Below, piece by piece: positions 1 to 8,739 of a DNA stretch of 42,025 nucleotides; position 1 is the first letter of the stretch, and each line of letters begins with the position of its first letter. Source of the DNA: a virus. Lineage: Duplodnaviria > Caudoviricetes. The notes below the pieces were generated by a model. It saw nothing but the letters and a program-made list of their open reading frames with translations, made no database searches and had not been told where the DNA came from. Position numbers and translations under genes: made by a program. The stretch lies in the IMG/VR virus record IMGVR_UViG_3300012267_000011, positions 1 to 42,025 of that record, one strand, 5' to 3'.

Positions 1-540
1 AGCCTCACAAACGTATCCCAACTATCTAATAATGCAGGATATTATTCATCAGGAGATAACGTAAGTTTTGGCTCAGGAACATTCTCAGACACCCTAACAG
101 TATCAAGTGGTGGGTTAGATGTAACAGGTGATTCTCTATTCAATGGAGACTTGGATATAAATTCAAGCATTCTCCTTGACGCATCGACAGGAATATCACA
201 TGCTAATGACCATCAAGACCTCTCTGATAGAAGAATCAAAGAAATAATTGACAGTGATGTAGACCCACTCAACTTTGCAAGAAACGCTCGTTTACACTAC
301 TACGATAAGAGAGGATTAAAACAATTTGGGTTATTTGCTCAGGACTTAATGAAAGCAGATAATAGGGTTGTAGGAACTATGGATGATGATGAGTTTGGAG
401 AGATATACACTCTTTCAGGTTACTCAGTAGCTTCTATCGCTCTTGCAGGAGTTGGAAAGGTAGATACTAAGGTTGAAAGACTTGAGGAAGAAGTAAAACA
501 ACTTAGAGAACAAGTAACTCAACTTGGAGGTGTAGCATAA
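1..540 (+). CDS. Tail fibre/tailspike C-terminus with intramolecular chaperone (peptidase S74-like) domain; 5' end outside window
   Basis: Frame 1 is open from base 1 (SLTNVSQLSNNAG...) into the listed ORF; has the SDRRIKE autocleavage motif, GLFAQDL and a C-terminal coiled coil typical of S74 chaperones. Confidence 0.85.
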   Translation, partial: SLTNVSQLSNNAGYYSSGDNVSFGSGTFSDTLTVSSGGLDVTGDSLFNGDLDINSSILLDASTGISHANDHQDLSDRRIKEIIDSDVDPLNFARNARLHYYDKRGLKQFGLFAQDLMKADNRVVGTMDDDEFGEIYTLSGYSVASIALAGVGKVDTKVERLEEEVKQLREQVTQLGGVA

Positions 541-1958
541 TGGCCTTACCAACATCAAGGAATCCACATAGAAGCGAAATAAAGGCAGAGTTTGGAACCG
601 CTACCCTCAATGCGTATGTAACTCAAGGCTCTCTGAAGGATATGTATACTCATATCTTTCAAGATAGTACTAAGCATAATCGAAGTGACTTTAAGGGTTA
701 TGGTAAACCTGTTATAAGTAGCTTGTCGACTTCACAATCAAGCGCATTGGGAGGCAAGATAGATGTAAGTTTCACTATAGACCAAATTAACAATCCTTCG
801 GGATTCACGTGGAATAGAACAAATGTGCAGGTGCAGGTCAGTGCGGAATGGGACGACCTCCAGCCCACGGGCTGGCAAGATGCAGGTACATCCCAGGTCT
901 TTTCAAGCACAGGGGCCAAGTCCATCACCGGCATCGATGTGCCGAATGAAAACACGACCTACGCCGTGCGTATCCTGTACTGGAACTACTTCAACAACGT
1001 GGCTGGGGATGAATTACAGGAACCTTTCCAGCAGCTGTATCCCACGGCCACCTCCTCGGGGCCACTGGTATTCACCACGCCATCCATCACCAAGGCCACG
1101 GTAACGGACGAATATGCTATCAACTTTACCGTGACCTGGAATTACGGGGCTGATCCCAGCACATTCTCAGCGCAGTACCGCATAGATGGCGGTACCTGGC
1201 AGAACGCAGGCAGTCTTATTAATAGCAGCAACTGGGACACTGCAACCAATCCTAAATCAGCCACATGGGCCTTTCAAAACCTGCTAACGGGTAGTGAGTC
1301 GTCGGTAGAAGTCCGAATCCGGGCCGATGCCGAATCCCCATACGGTGCCTCAAGCTGGAGTGCGGCCGAGCTGATCACCCGGGATGTGGCCGAGCCCACC
1401 AATTTGCACCTAACCCAGCCGGTAGCCACCTCTGGCTCCCTGACTGCCAGCTGGACCAACCAGGAAAGCGGCACCACGCACATCCAGTGGCAAACCTGGA
1501 ACGGCAGCAGCTGGGTAGATGATGGCGCGGAGGTCTCTGTAAGTACTTCCAGTAACTCCACCACCCGAACCTACGCCGATGGCGAGCAGGTACGGTTTAA
1601 GGCCTACCACACCACCAGCTTCTATAGCAATACGATTATTAGTGATGTCGTGACTTCGGCTGATCTCATTGTAGATATTGATATTCAGGCGGCCACGACC
1701 TTTCCTGAGAACTTTAGTGCCGTTGATAACCGACCTTTTTATGTGCAACTAAGCTGGAACCATCCTGACAGTGGTCAGCCGGATTCCTATAACATCCAGT
1801 CTTATGATGGCTCTGTTTTTAATGTTGTTGTCACCGGCCTGAGCGGAAGCAATACCGGATATACACACATAACAAGTGATTCAAGCATTATAAAATACCG
1901 AATCCAGGCGCTGGATGGCGGAGTCGCTTCAAGTTGGATGGATAGTAATAATATATAA
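540..1958 (+). CDS. Virion/tail-associated protein with tandem Ig/fibronectin-III-like domains
   Basis: MALPTS-type N-terminus seen in phage tail proteins; S/T/W-rich beta repeats (PTNLHL...LTASW, PENFSA...VQLSW...YRIQA); overlaps the tail-fibre stop. Confidence 0.65.
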   Translation: MALPTSRNPHRSEIKAEFGTATLNAYVTQGSLKDMYTHIFQDSTKHNRSDFKGYGKPVISSLSTSQSSALGGKIDVSFTIDQINNPSGFTWNRTNVQVQVSAEWDDLQPTGWQDAGTSQVFSSTGAKSITGIDVPNENTTYAVRILYWNYFNNVAGDELQEPFQQLYPTATSSGPLVFTTPSITKATVTDEYAINFTVTWNYGADPSTFSAQYRIDGGTWQNAGSLINSSNWDTATNPKSATWAFQNLLTGSESSVEVRIRADAESPYGASSWSAAELITRDVAEPTNLHLTQPVATSGSLTASWTNQESGTTHIQWQTWNGSSWVDDGAEVSVSTSSNSTTRTYADGEQVRFKAYHTTSFYSNTIISDVVTSADLIVDIDIQAATTFPENFSAVDNRPFYVQLSWNHPDSGQPDSYNIQSYDGSVFNVVVTGLSGSNTGYTHITSDSSIIKYRIQALDGGVASSWMDSNNI

Positions 1959-1981
1959 CCATCAATTAAACGAGCATACCA

Positions 1982-2155
1982 ATGGAACTTACTACATACA
2001 TCTTTATCGCGGTCACAGCCCTGCTATTTGTTGGAGTGTGTGTGTACATCAAACGAACCAAAACCACCGCTCCGGAAGATAAAGGCTCGGGCCAATCGGG
2101 TGGTGGTGGAAGTCATTATGGAGATAAAGATAACAGGAACTCAAATAAAGTATAA
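1982..2155 (+). CDS. Small single-pass membrane protein (57 aa; not in ORF track)
   Basis: ATG 1982 to TAA 2153-2155 translates MELTTYIFIAVTALLFVGVCVYIKRTKTTAPEDKGSGQSGGGGSHYGDKDNRNSNKV; fills the gap exactly. Confidence 0.6.
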   Translation: MELTTYIFIAVTALLFVGVCVYIKRTKTTAPEDKGSGQSGGGGSHYGDKDNRNSNKV

Positions 2156-2161
2156 ATAATT

Positions 2162-3169
2162 ATGTATACAATAGAAATAAACAAATTACGAGTAAAAGAA
2201 AACGAAACTCTTGACAGTATTATTGACAAAGTAGAAGTCTCTGTTAATGTACTTGGGGAGAATTTTTGGAAATCTGTGACTCTCCCCGAGCCTGATGCAG
2301 GAAATTTTATTGCATTAGAAAACATCACTGATGATATGGTTAAGACTTGGGTGTGGGAGAGTCTAAATCTTGAAGAAATAGACAACATGCTCCTCTCAAG
2401 AGAAAAAGAAAAAGCATCAACAGCTTTAAAACAACAAGACCCCGAAACATCCGAAGTATCGTACATATTCAGAGACCATGTGAAACAATGGAAAATTGGA
2501 AAAGATTATGTTGTTGATGATATATTCTATTACGAATGGGAAGAACAAGTAGATACAGGAGAGGTTGACGGAAATGGAGACCCCATATTGAACACAGTTC
2601 AGAAGAAGAAATTTTTTAGATGTGTTCAGGCACATACATCACAAGCGGGATGGAACCCAAGAGATACAGCCTCCCTATTTACTGACATTGTTTATTTTGG
2701 TGATGAGAGTGTGGTTGGGTATCCTGATTGGCAACAGCCACAGGGAGATCACGATGCTTATCCATTTGGTCGGATAGTTGACCACAACGGAACGCTCTAT
2801 CAATCTGACGTAGACGCAAATGTTTGGGAACCCCCAGAACAATGGTCCATATATTCGACGGAACCATCTACTTCAAACGAATGGACAATAGGAACTGATT
2901 ATGTAGTTGATGATGTAGTGGCCTACAACGGAACAGAATATGTTTGTATAAGTGCACATACCGCACAAGCAGGATGGGATCCTGATACAGCCAACACACT
3001 TTGGGAAGTAAATACTCAAAGTGGTGGAACTATAGAAGCATGGGTCCAGCCTTTAGGGGCTCAGGATGCATACAACACAGGGGACCAAGTAACCCATAAC
3101 GGAAGCACATGGGAGTCTGATGTAGATGGAAACGTATGGGAACCCCCCACTCAGTGGACAAAAGTATAA
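2162..3169 (+). CDS. Virion protein with repeated CBM5/12 (chitin-binding-like) carbohydrate-binding modules
   Basis: Two copies of WxxGxDYVVDD...C..AHTxQAGWxPxxxxxL[FW] alternate with two copies of WxQPxGxxDAYxxGxxVxHNGxxxxSDVDxNVWEPPxQW. Confidence 0.8.
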   Translation: MYTIEINKLRVKENETLDSIIDKVEVSVNVLGENFWKSVTLPEPDAGNFIALENITDDMVKTWVWESLNLEEIDNMLLSREKEKASTALKQQDPETSEVSYIFRDHVKQWKIGKDYVVDDIFYYEWEEQVDTGEVDGNGDPILNTVQKKKFFRCVQAHTSQAGWNPRDTASLFTDIVYFGDESVVGYPDWQQPQGDHDAYPFGRIVDHNGTLYQSDVDANVWEPPEQWSIYSTEPSTSNEWTIGTDYVVDDVVAYNGTEYVCISAHTAQAGWDPDTANTLWEVNTQSGGTIEAWVQPLGAQDAYNTGDQVTHNGSTWESDVDGNVWEPPTQWTKV

Positions 3170-3189
3170 CTGTGGACAAAAGTATAACT
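3154..3189 (+). repeat. Perfect 18-bp tandem duplication spanning the stop codon of the CBM gene
   Basis: GTGGACAAAAGTATAACT at 3154-3171 and 3172-3189. Confidence 0.95.
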
Positions 3190-3208
3190 ATAAATAAAAA
3201 TTAGAACA

Positions 3209-3661
3209 ATGGACAAATTATATAAAATAGGGTTAGTCGTAAGCAATTTAATATTCCCTCTTGTAGGATGGACGGGAGACTGGGTCACCTTTTTTGCAGG
3301 GTTACTATCAGCTGTTAGAAGTGGGTGGATGCACTGGAACCGAACAGACCTCTCCATAAAGATGGATTATATAGGTATGTACGCCTTAGGATTGGCAACT
3401 GTTGGCTTTCTAACCAACCATTACCTAATCATACTGTTGGTGCCAATTTGGTTCCTCTTTGCCAAAAATTTTAGGGATCAGTATAAGGTTGCATTGATAT
3501 TTTTGATGGCTTGCCTGATAGATCAGAATATAATTTCTATACTGTTGTTTGGAGTTTCTTACGCTTCCAGACAATTTTCTCTTGGAACTAAATGGGAGAA
3601 ACTTGGACACATCGTGTTCCATATTGTGGCAGGTATCGCAATATACATGATCTACCAATAA
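3209..3661 (+). CDS. Multi-pass membrane protein, CREST-superfamily-like (ceramidase/hemolysin III type)
   Basis: Hydrophobic; SGWMH, KMDYIGMY and GHIVFH match the SxxxH/D/HxxxH metal-binding pattern. Confidence 0.5.
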   Translation: MDKLYKIGLVVSNLIFPLVGWTGDWVTFFAGLLSAVRSGWMHWNRTDLSIKMDYIGMYALGLATVGFLTNHYLIILLVPIWFLFAKNFRDQYKVALIFLMACLIDQNIISILLFGVSYASRQFSLGTKWEKLGHIVFHIVAGIAIYMIYQ

Positions 3662-3719
3662 AGTAAGAACCTCGTTTTATAAAATGAATGGTCCATAAAA
3701 AATAAACCTAAATAATACC

Positions 3720-4445
3720 ATGACTGAAGAAAACAAAAACCCAACCGAACAAGAACAACTTGATGCTCTGCTGGAAAAGTATGAATCTGAGAAGAAAAAT
3801 TTCCAGAAAAAGATGCGTGAACGGGAGCGGTTCACAGCGAACGAACTCTTCAATATGAAAAATTCTATTGAGGGCCTTCGTATGTCTCCGACAGGGGAAG
3901 TACAAAAGACCTCAGGGATTGGAGACCTAAAAGGCGAGCAGTATGCGGACTTCAACACCAAACTTGGTAGAAACCTCCAGATCATTAAAAATGAACTCAC
4001 CGTTGTCAAGGGGGTTACACCTTCTTTGTCGGATGAAGACATGAAAGAGTATAAGGAGTACCAGAAAAAGATCGAAGAACTGGAGGAGAAGAACATAAAC
4101 AAATCCAAAATAACAGGCTCCCATAAAAACTTGGCAACAGTAGAAAAAATTCAATTGTCAGGTAATTTGGAAATCTTTGAGACTGAGAAAAAGAAAGTGG
4201 ATAAAAAATATAAAGAGGTGTTGGACAAAGTTGATGCCAACAAAAAAGAGGCCAACAAAATATTTGACAAACCACTTTGTAAGTGTGACTTCGATATGAT
4301 CCTGGAATCCGAAATTCCCTCAGAGGTATCCCCAAATGAACGGCAAATGATTTACCCAATGGTTAAAAACGATTTGGTGGAAGACGAAGTCGAACCAGAA
4401 GAAGAACCTGAAGAGAAAAAATCATCTAAAAAATCTAAAAAATAA
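3720..4445 (+). CDS. Hypothetical coiled-coil protein
   Basis: 241-aa K/E-rich ORF overlapping the endolysin start. Confidence 0.6.
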   Translation: MTEENKNPTEQEQLDALLEKYESEKKNFQKKMRERERFTANELFNMKNSIEGLRMSPTGEVQKTSGIGDLKGEQYADFNTKLGRNLQIIKNELTVVKGVTPSLSDEDMKEYKEYQKKIEELEEKNINKSKITGSHKNLATVEKIQLSGNLEIFETEKKKVDKKYKEVLDKVDANKKEANKIFDKPLCKCDFDMILESEIPSEVSPNERQMIYPMVKNDLVEDEVEPEEEPEEKKSSKKSKK

Positions 4446-5155
4446 TGTTTCCACTTAAAAATGGTAGCCGTGGTAAAACAGTTCGAGTCCTGCAATATGG
4501 GCTCGGGCTGACTACCGACGGTATATTTGGTCCCAATACGGCCAAGGGCCTCAAAGCATGGCAGAAGAAAATGTCCATTCCGCAAACAGGCCGAATGACG
4601 GAAACTATTTGGAATACGATATTCCAATTTGAGATACAGGACATGAAGCACCTAAAATTTGCAGAACTCTTTAAAAGTATTCGAGAAGAGGATGTGGATA
4701 TGGATGGGACACCTGATAATCGAAGTGAGATTATTGATGTGATGATTAAAAGTGTCTGGGAATGGTGGGAGCCCGAAGATAATAAAGCAGGCCCCCCGTG
4801 GTGTGCCATCTTTATTAGTTATTGCCTATATGCAGCGTATAGCTTTCCGTTTGAATCGCCTCGAGTGAAAGAATGGTATGAATACCTTAAAGATCACGAA
4901 GATGCCTTAGAGCTAAAATCTAAAGACGACTTCAAAAAAGATAGAATTTATATCGGAGGCTATTTGAATGAACAAGGATATGGTCATGTCTTTTTTGTGA
5001 ACCCGATGAAGTCCCTCAGTCAGACTGGCGAAAAGATCATAGCAACAATAGAAGGCAATACGAATGAAGGGGGTAGTCGGGAAGGAAATGGGGTATACGA
5101 ACGGCAACGAAAATTGGAAAAGTATTGGGTCTATTCGATTCCAGCGGACATTTAA
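4445..5155 (+). CDS. Endolysin: peptidoglycan-binding domain plus CHAP amidase
   Basis: LKNGSRG..VRVLQ...DGIFGPNT...WQ (PG_binding_1); PWCAIF catalytic Cys, GHV His, TIEGNTN.GGSREGNGVY. Confidence 0.9.
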   Translation: MFPLKNGSRGKTVRVLQYGLGLTTDGIFGPNTAKGLKAWQKKMSIPQTGRMTETIWNTIFQFEIQDMKHLKFAELFKSIREEDVDMDGTPDNRSEIIDVMIKSVWEWWEPEDNKAGPPWCAIFISYCLYAAYSFPFESPRVKEWYEYLKDHEDALELKSKDDFKKDRIYIGGYLNEQGYGHVFFVNPMKSLSQTGEKIIATIEGNTNEGGSREGNGVYERQRKLEKYWVYSIPADI

Positions 5156-5173
5156 AAAAAGTTCGTTTTTCTG

Positions 5174-5200
5174 CAAGTAGAACTATTTGGGTCACGGTCA
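5174..5200 (+). promoter_or_regulatory. Phage promoter motif, variant copy CAAGT-N14-CACGGTCA
   Basis: CAAGT 5174-5178 and CACGGTCA 5193-5200; same spacing as the six other copies. Confidence 0.55.
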
Positions 5201-5223
5201 CCATTGTGGTGACTATAGTCACC
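5197..5223. repeat. Overlapping inverted repeats including a 16-bp perfect palindrome
   Basis: GTCACCA-TTG-TGGTGAC at 5197-5213 overlaps GGTGACTATAGTCACC at 5208-5223. Confidence 0.9.
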
Positions 5224-5489
5224 CGTTGGTTCCTCATCATGAGCCTCTCTCTAATCGCATTCTGCTCTTCTCTATCTACAAACCCAATTAACCTATGATT
5301 ACAATCTATTACAATAACCTTCAAGAACTTGGAATTAAAATTCCTTTATTGCGTGTGCGCGAGCTTCGCCTTGGGGGCGAGCACGCTCACGACCGTGGAG
5401 CTTAGACCTTCACTTCCATTCCAGATCACTTATTCAGAATGGTTAAATTGCTCAGATTGCCTAAAATCTTTGTAATGAGAAGCTCTAAG

Positions 5490-5521
5490 TTTGTTTTTCT
5501 TAGAAAGTCCGAGTAACTTTG
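5490..5521 (+). promoter_or_regulatory. Bacteroidota-type host sigma (early) promoter
   Basis: TTTG 5490-5493, 20-nt spacer, TAACTTTG 5514-5521 fit the -33/-7 consensus TTTG-N19-21-TAnnTTTG. Confidence 0.7.
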
Positions 5522-5560
5522 AACCAGTTGGTTTAATTAATCACAATAATCGGAGGAAAT

Positions 5561-6466
5561 ATGAAATCTCAAGAACAATCTACCAACCCTAAAGTAATAG
5601 AAGAACTCAAAGAATTCGGCCTTGACTGGAATGTCATTAAGAAACCGTTATTTTTTGAATCAGAAGAATCAGACGGGGCAACTCCTTTCTTTGCCACCGT
5701 TCGTGAAGACACCGAAGCTCCATTAGGTACCGTATCTTCTCGATACGAACCAAAACAGAACGGAGAAATCCTTCAGCTTATCCATGACGCCAGTAAGACG
5801 CATGATCTTACGTTAGATCGGGCAGGTGCTTTTAAAGGGGGTCGAAGTGTTTATTTTCAGCTGGAGATGCCTGAGAGTATCAGGATCAATGATGACGAAG
5901 TCGAAAAATACCTGTTTGCGTATACTGCACATGACGGTTCTTCTTCGCTTCGATTTGGTTTGTGCAACCGAGTCATCTCTTGCCAGAATCAGTTCAACTA
6001 TATGCTGAAAAAGTCCAAGTTTAGCGTTCGTCATACGCAATCCATCCATGAACAGGCTCAGATGCTGAGTGAGAAGATTGGAGCGATCCTGCTGAAGGAA
6101 GACAATCTTTATGCAGCGTTTATGAAGTTTGCGGATAAAGAGGTCGACGCTAAGATGATTAGTGCTCTGACGGATGAAGTCTTCAAGATGGACAAATACT
6201 GGGCAAAGCACGATGAGATGTCTACCCGACGAGAGAACCAAATAGTTGAGTTCACGGAACCCGTGGAATCTCAGATTGCGGAGAAAGGAGCAAACGGATG
6301 GGGCCTCTTTAATGGGGTTACGCACTATGCGAACCACAAGAAGTCGTTCCCAAACCGTGAGAACGGGCACCTCGAATCAATCATGGATGGCGGAAGCCAG
6401 AAGTTCATGATGCGAGGGTTCAACTTCCTCCGAAAGGAATTCGAAGTCGACCTGAACCTAAACTAA
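5561..6466 (+). CDS. DUF932 family protein (early gene)
   Basis: LDWNV.K, R.DT...LG.V..RY...QN, AG.FKGG..V, HDGS, RV.C.N, RHT, WGLFNGVTHY motifs; GGAGGA RBS. Confidence 0.85.
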   Translation: MKSQEQSTNPKVIEELKEFGLDWNVIKKPLFFESEESDGATPFFATVREDTEAPLGTVSSRYEPKQNGEILQLIHDASKTHDLTLDRAGAFKGGRSVYFQLEMPESIRINDDEVEKYLFAYTAHDGSSSLRFGLCNRVISCQNQFNYMLKKSKFSVRHTQSIHEQAQMLSEKIGAILLKEDNLYAAFMKFADKEVDAKMISALTDEVFKMDKYWAKHDEMSTRRENQIVEFTEPVESQIAEKGANGWGLFNGVTHYANHKKSFPNRENGHLESIMDGGSQKFMMRGFNFLRKEFEVDLNLN

Positions 6467-6475
6467 ATTTCTAAC

Positions 6476-6507
6476 AAGGGGGGTCTATGGCCTCCCTTTT
6501 ATTTTTT
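6476..6507 (+). terminator. Intrinsic terminator
   Basis: AAGGGGGGTC-TATG-GCCTCCCTT stem-loop followed by a T-rich tract. Confidence 0.75.
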
Positions 6508-6511
6508 AACT

Positions 6512-7477
6512 ATGGATATTCAAGCAATAAACGACACTTCTCCTGACAACCTTATCCAATCCCACAAAGAAAGCCTTTTGGGATTTTTTGAATTTATATA
6601 TGATCGGCAAGAAATTTGGCATAACCGCTTTGTTGAGAACCAAGAGTTCCCTTGGACAGAGGATGAAGTTCTCCAGGAATATAAATTTTGTAATGTTTAT
6701 AGGAGGCTGGACAAAGGAACCGAATACTTGCTGAACACGGTGATATACAACGAGGAACTCAGTATGTATGATACGGTACTAAATATTATTGGGTACCGAT
6801 TTTTTAACAAGGTAGACTTCTTTGAACGGTCATTAGGGGCCTTCTTTTCAACTGAACATTTTGACTTTATTCTTTATGAAGAGAACTTAGATGCTGCCAA
6901 AGAAACGCATAAAATATTTAGTGATGCGTATATGACTACCCAACATCCGTTCGATAAGAGTTACCGCTGGGGAGATAAACATATTCAGATTTTGCATATG
7001 CTTCAAGACCTCACAACTAAAATGGAGGAATATGTTGATAAGATATTTTCGGCTGAGAGCCCAAAGAAATCTTGGAAACACATCAAGAGCCAAAAGATGA
7101 TTGGCTCGTTCCTTGCATACGAAATTTGGACCGACCTTACGTATCTTACGGAGTTTCCGTGGTCTGATAATGACTTTGCCAACGCTGGTCCAGGAGCCGA
7201 TTGGGGAATTCGGTTGATATTTGGAGTCGACAAAGTGACCCCGACGCAAGCAGAAGATACAATGGATATCCTTAGAGATATACAACCTTCTTTGTTTTCG
7301 ATTCTGGAAGAGGAAACAGGAAAATCTTGGGAAAATGTAAGTTGGGGTAGTGGGGACAACGGTCAATACCTTTCATTACGAAATATTGAACATTCTCTTT
7401 GTGAATATCGCAAATATTTAAGACTAAAAGATGGTGAAGGAAAGAGAAGAATTTTCAGACATCCACAGAAAGATTAA
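6512..7477 (+). CDS. 5-hmdU DNA kinase helical-domain protein (aGPT-Pplase1/HMUDK_hel family, HhH-glycosylase-like fold)
   Basis: FIYDRQEIW...PWTEDEVLQEYKFCNVYRRLDKGT, IGSFLAYEIWTDL, AGPGA, NIEHSLCEYRKY are hallmark motifs. Confidence 0.85.
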   Translation: MDIQAINDTSPDNLIQSHKESLLGFFEFIYDRQEIWHNRFVENQEFPWTEDEVLQEYKFCNVYRRLDKGTEYLLNTVIYNEELSMYDTVLNIIGYRFFNKVDFFERSLGAFFSTEHFDFILYEENLDAAKETHKIFSDAYMTTQHPFDKSYRWGDKHIQILHMLQDLTTKMEEYVDKIFSAESPKKSWKHIKSQKMIGSFLAYEIWTDLTYLTEFPWSDNDFANAGPGADWGIRLIFGVDKVTPTQAEDTMDILRDIQPSLFSILEEETGKSWENVSWGSGDNGQYLSLRNIEHSLCEYRKYLRLKDGEGKRRIFRHPQKD

Positions 7478-7493
7478 TCAAAGCAACGAACAT

Positions 7494-8657
7494 ATGGATT
7501 TACTAAACTATGACGAAGATCGTTCCTTGTTCCCACAAATTTATGCTACAGGGGTTAGCGAGGCTCTCTACAAAGTTTTATGGGTATTGAAACGGCAAGA
7601 GGAACAACCCTCACGAGATGGCACTACCAAAGAAGCAATGAATACTCGGTTTGTTATCACGGAACCCCGTGACCGATACATCAGACTCGAAGGCCGTAAG
7701 CACAATGTCTTTAGCCAGATTGGGGAAACACTTTGGGTTCTTTCAGGGTCATATAAGTTGTCTGTTTTAAGTATGTTCCTACCCCGTGCGGAACAATTCA
7801 GTGATGATGGTGGGAAAACATGGCGTAGTGCGTATGGGAAACGACTTCGTGCATACCCAGCTGAGCAACAGGTTTTGGTCAAACGAGATGAGTTTGCCGA
7901 CGAGGTAGACCAATTGGAACAGGTGGTTGAGAAATTAGCTCTTTCACCTGAGACTCGCAGGGCCTTTGTTGTACTAACCTATCCACCCGTAGATCATTAT
8001 CCAGGAATTGATGTCGTATGTAATGTAGCCCTTCATTTCCTCATACGTAATGGAAAGCTCCACATGTCTATCCACAACCGTTCGAATGACGCTATTTGGG
8101 GATTCAGTGGAATAAACTTTTTTGAGTTTACGGTTCTGCAAGAAGTGCTTGTTAGTATTTTGAACAACGAGTACAACCTTGATATTGAGGTTGGGTCTTA
8201 TGTTCACAACAGTATGTCCTTCCACATTTATTCCAGACACTATGAGCGAATGGAAGGGATACTGGACAACAATGGTATTATTGCTCCGTTCTTACCTGAA
8301 CATCATTTTCCTTTTGAGGTGTCTGCTTTATCTGAAATGGATAATACGTTGGGATATTGGACTGATGCTGTGCTTCATTTCAGTAATAAGAAATCTGATG
8401 GGGAATCCCTCACAGATAAGGAATTAGGTGAGTTCATACAAGAGTTCATGGAAAACATCCCCCGAGAAGGAACACTAAATGTTTATGCTGGGGCCACGCT
8501 TCTTTATTTAGCTAAGAAACATGGGTTGTTGGGAGGTGAACTTATTGCATCTTTTGAAGTATGGTACGGCTATTTTGAAGAGGCTTGCCGAGTGCATAAT
8601 GTCAAACCAAAAGAAACCCATTTCTTTAAACAGATTGAGAAAAAATTGACTGATTGA
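7494..8657 (+). CDS. Thymidylate synthase homologue, probable dUMP hydroxymethylase (start probably ATG 7494)
   Basis: SRDG.TKE, ETLWVLSG, AYGKRLR, TRRA, catalytic Cys in DVVCN, RSND..WG...N (Asn indicates uracil specificity), SFHIY; adjacent to HMUDK_hel. Confidence 0.8.
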   Translation: MDLLNYDEDRSLFPQIYATGVSEALYKVLWVLKRQEEQPSRDGTTKEAMNTRFVITEPRDRYIRLEGRKHNVFSQIGETLWVLSGSYKLSVLSMFLPRAEQFSDDGGKTWRSAYGKRLRAYPAEQQVLVKRDEFADEVDQLEQVVEKLALSPETRRAFVVLTYPPVDHYPGIDVVCNVALHFLIRNGKLHMSIHNRSNDAIWGFSGINFFEFTVLQEVLVSILNNEYNLDIEVGSYVHNSMSFHIYSRHYERMEGILDNNGIIAPFLPEHHFPFEVSALSEMDNTLGYWTDAVLHFSNKKSDGESLTDKELGEFIQEFMENIPREGTLNVYAGATLLYLAKKHGLLGGELIASFEVWYGYFEEACRVHNVKPKETHFFKQIEKKLTD

Positions 8658-8683
8658 AAGTTTATCTTTCGAAGTAACGGTCA
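8657..8683 (+). promoter_or_regulatory. Phage promoter motif AAAGT-N14-AACGGTCA
   Basis: AAAGT 8657-8661, AACGGTCA 8676-8683, upstream of SSB. Confidence 0.75.
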
Positions 8684-8739
8684 TATAAACTGAGTTCAGA
8701 TGCTCAGACAATTATTAACAAAATAAGTGATTTAAGATC

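Noticed and set aside
540-3169. Diversity-generating retroelement target
   Set aside because: No reverse transcriptase in the window and no adenine-specific TR/VR pair seen; the repeats are protein-domain duplications
2151-3196. T4-type late promoter TATAAATA at 2151 and 3189
   Set aside because: Only two hits in AT-rich leaders, one 3 nt from the ATG; no gp55-like gene recognised; could be chance
7494-8657. dCMP hydroxymethylase (T4-like hmC pathway)
   Set aside because: The specificity residue appears to be Asn rather than Asp, no glucosyltransferase is present, and the partners are hmU-pathway genes
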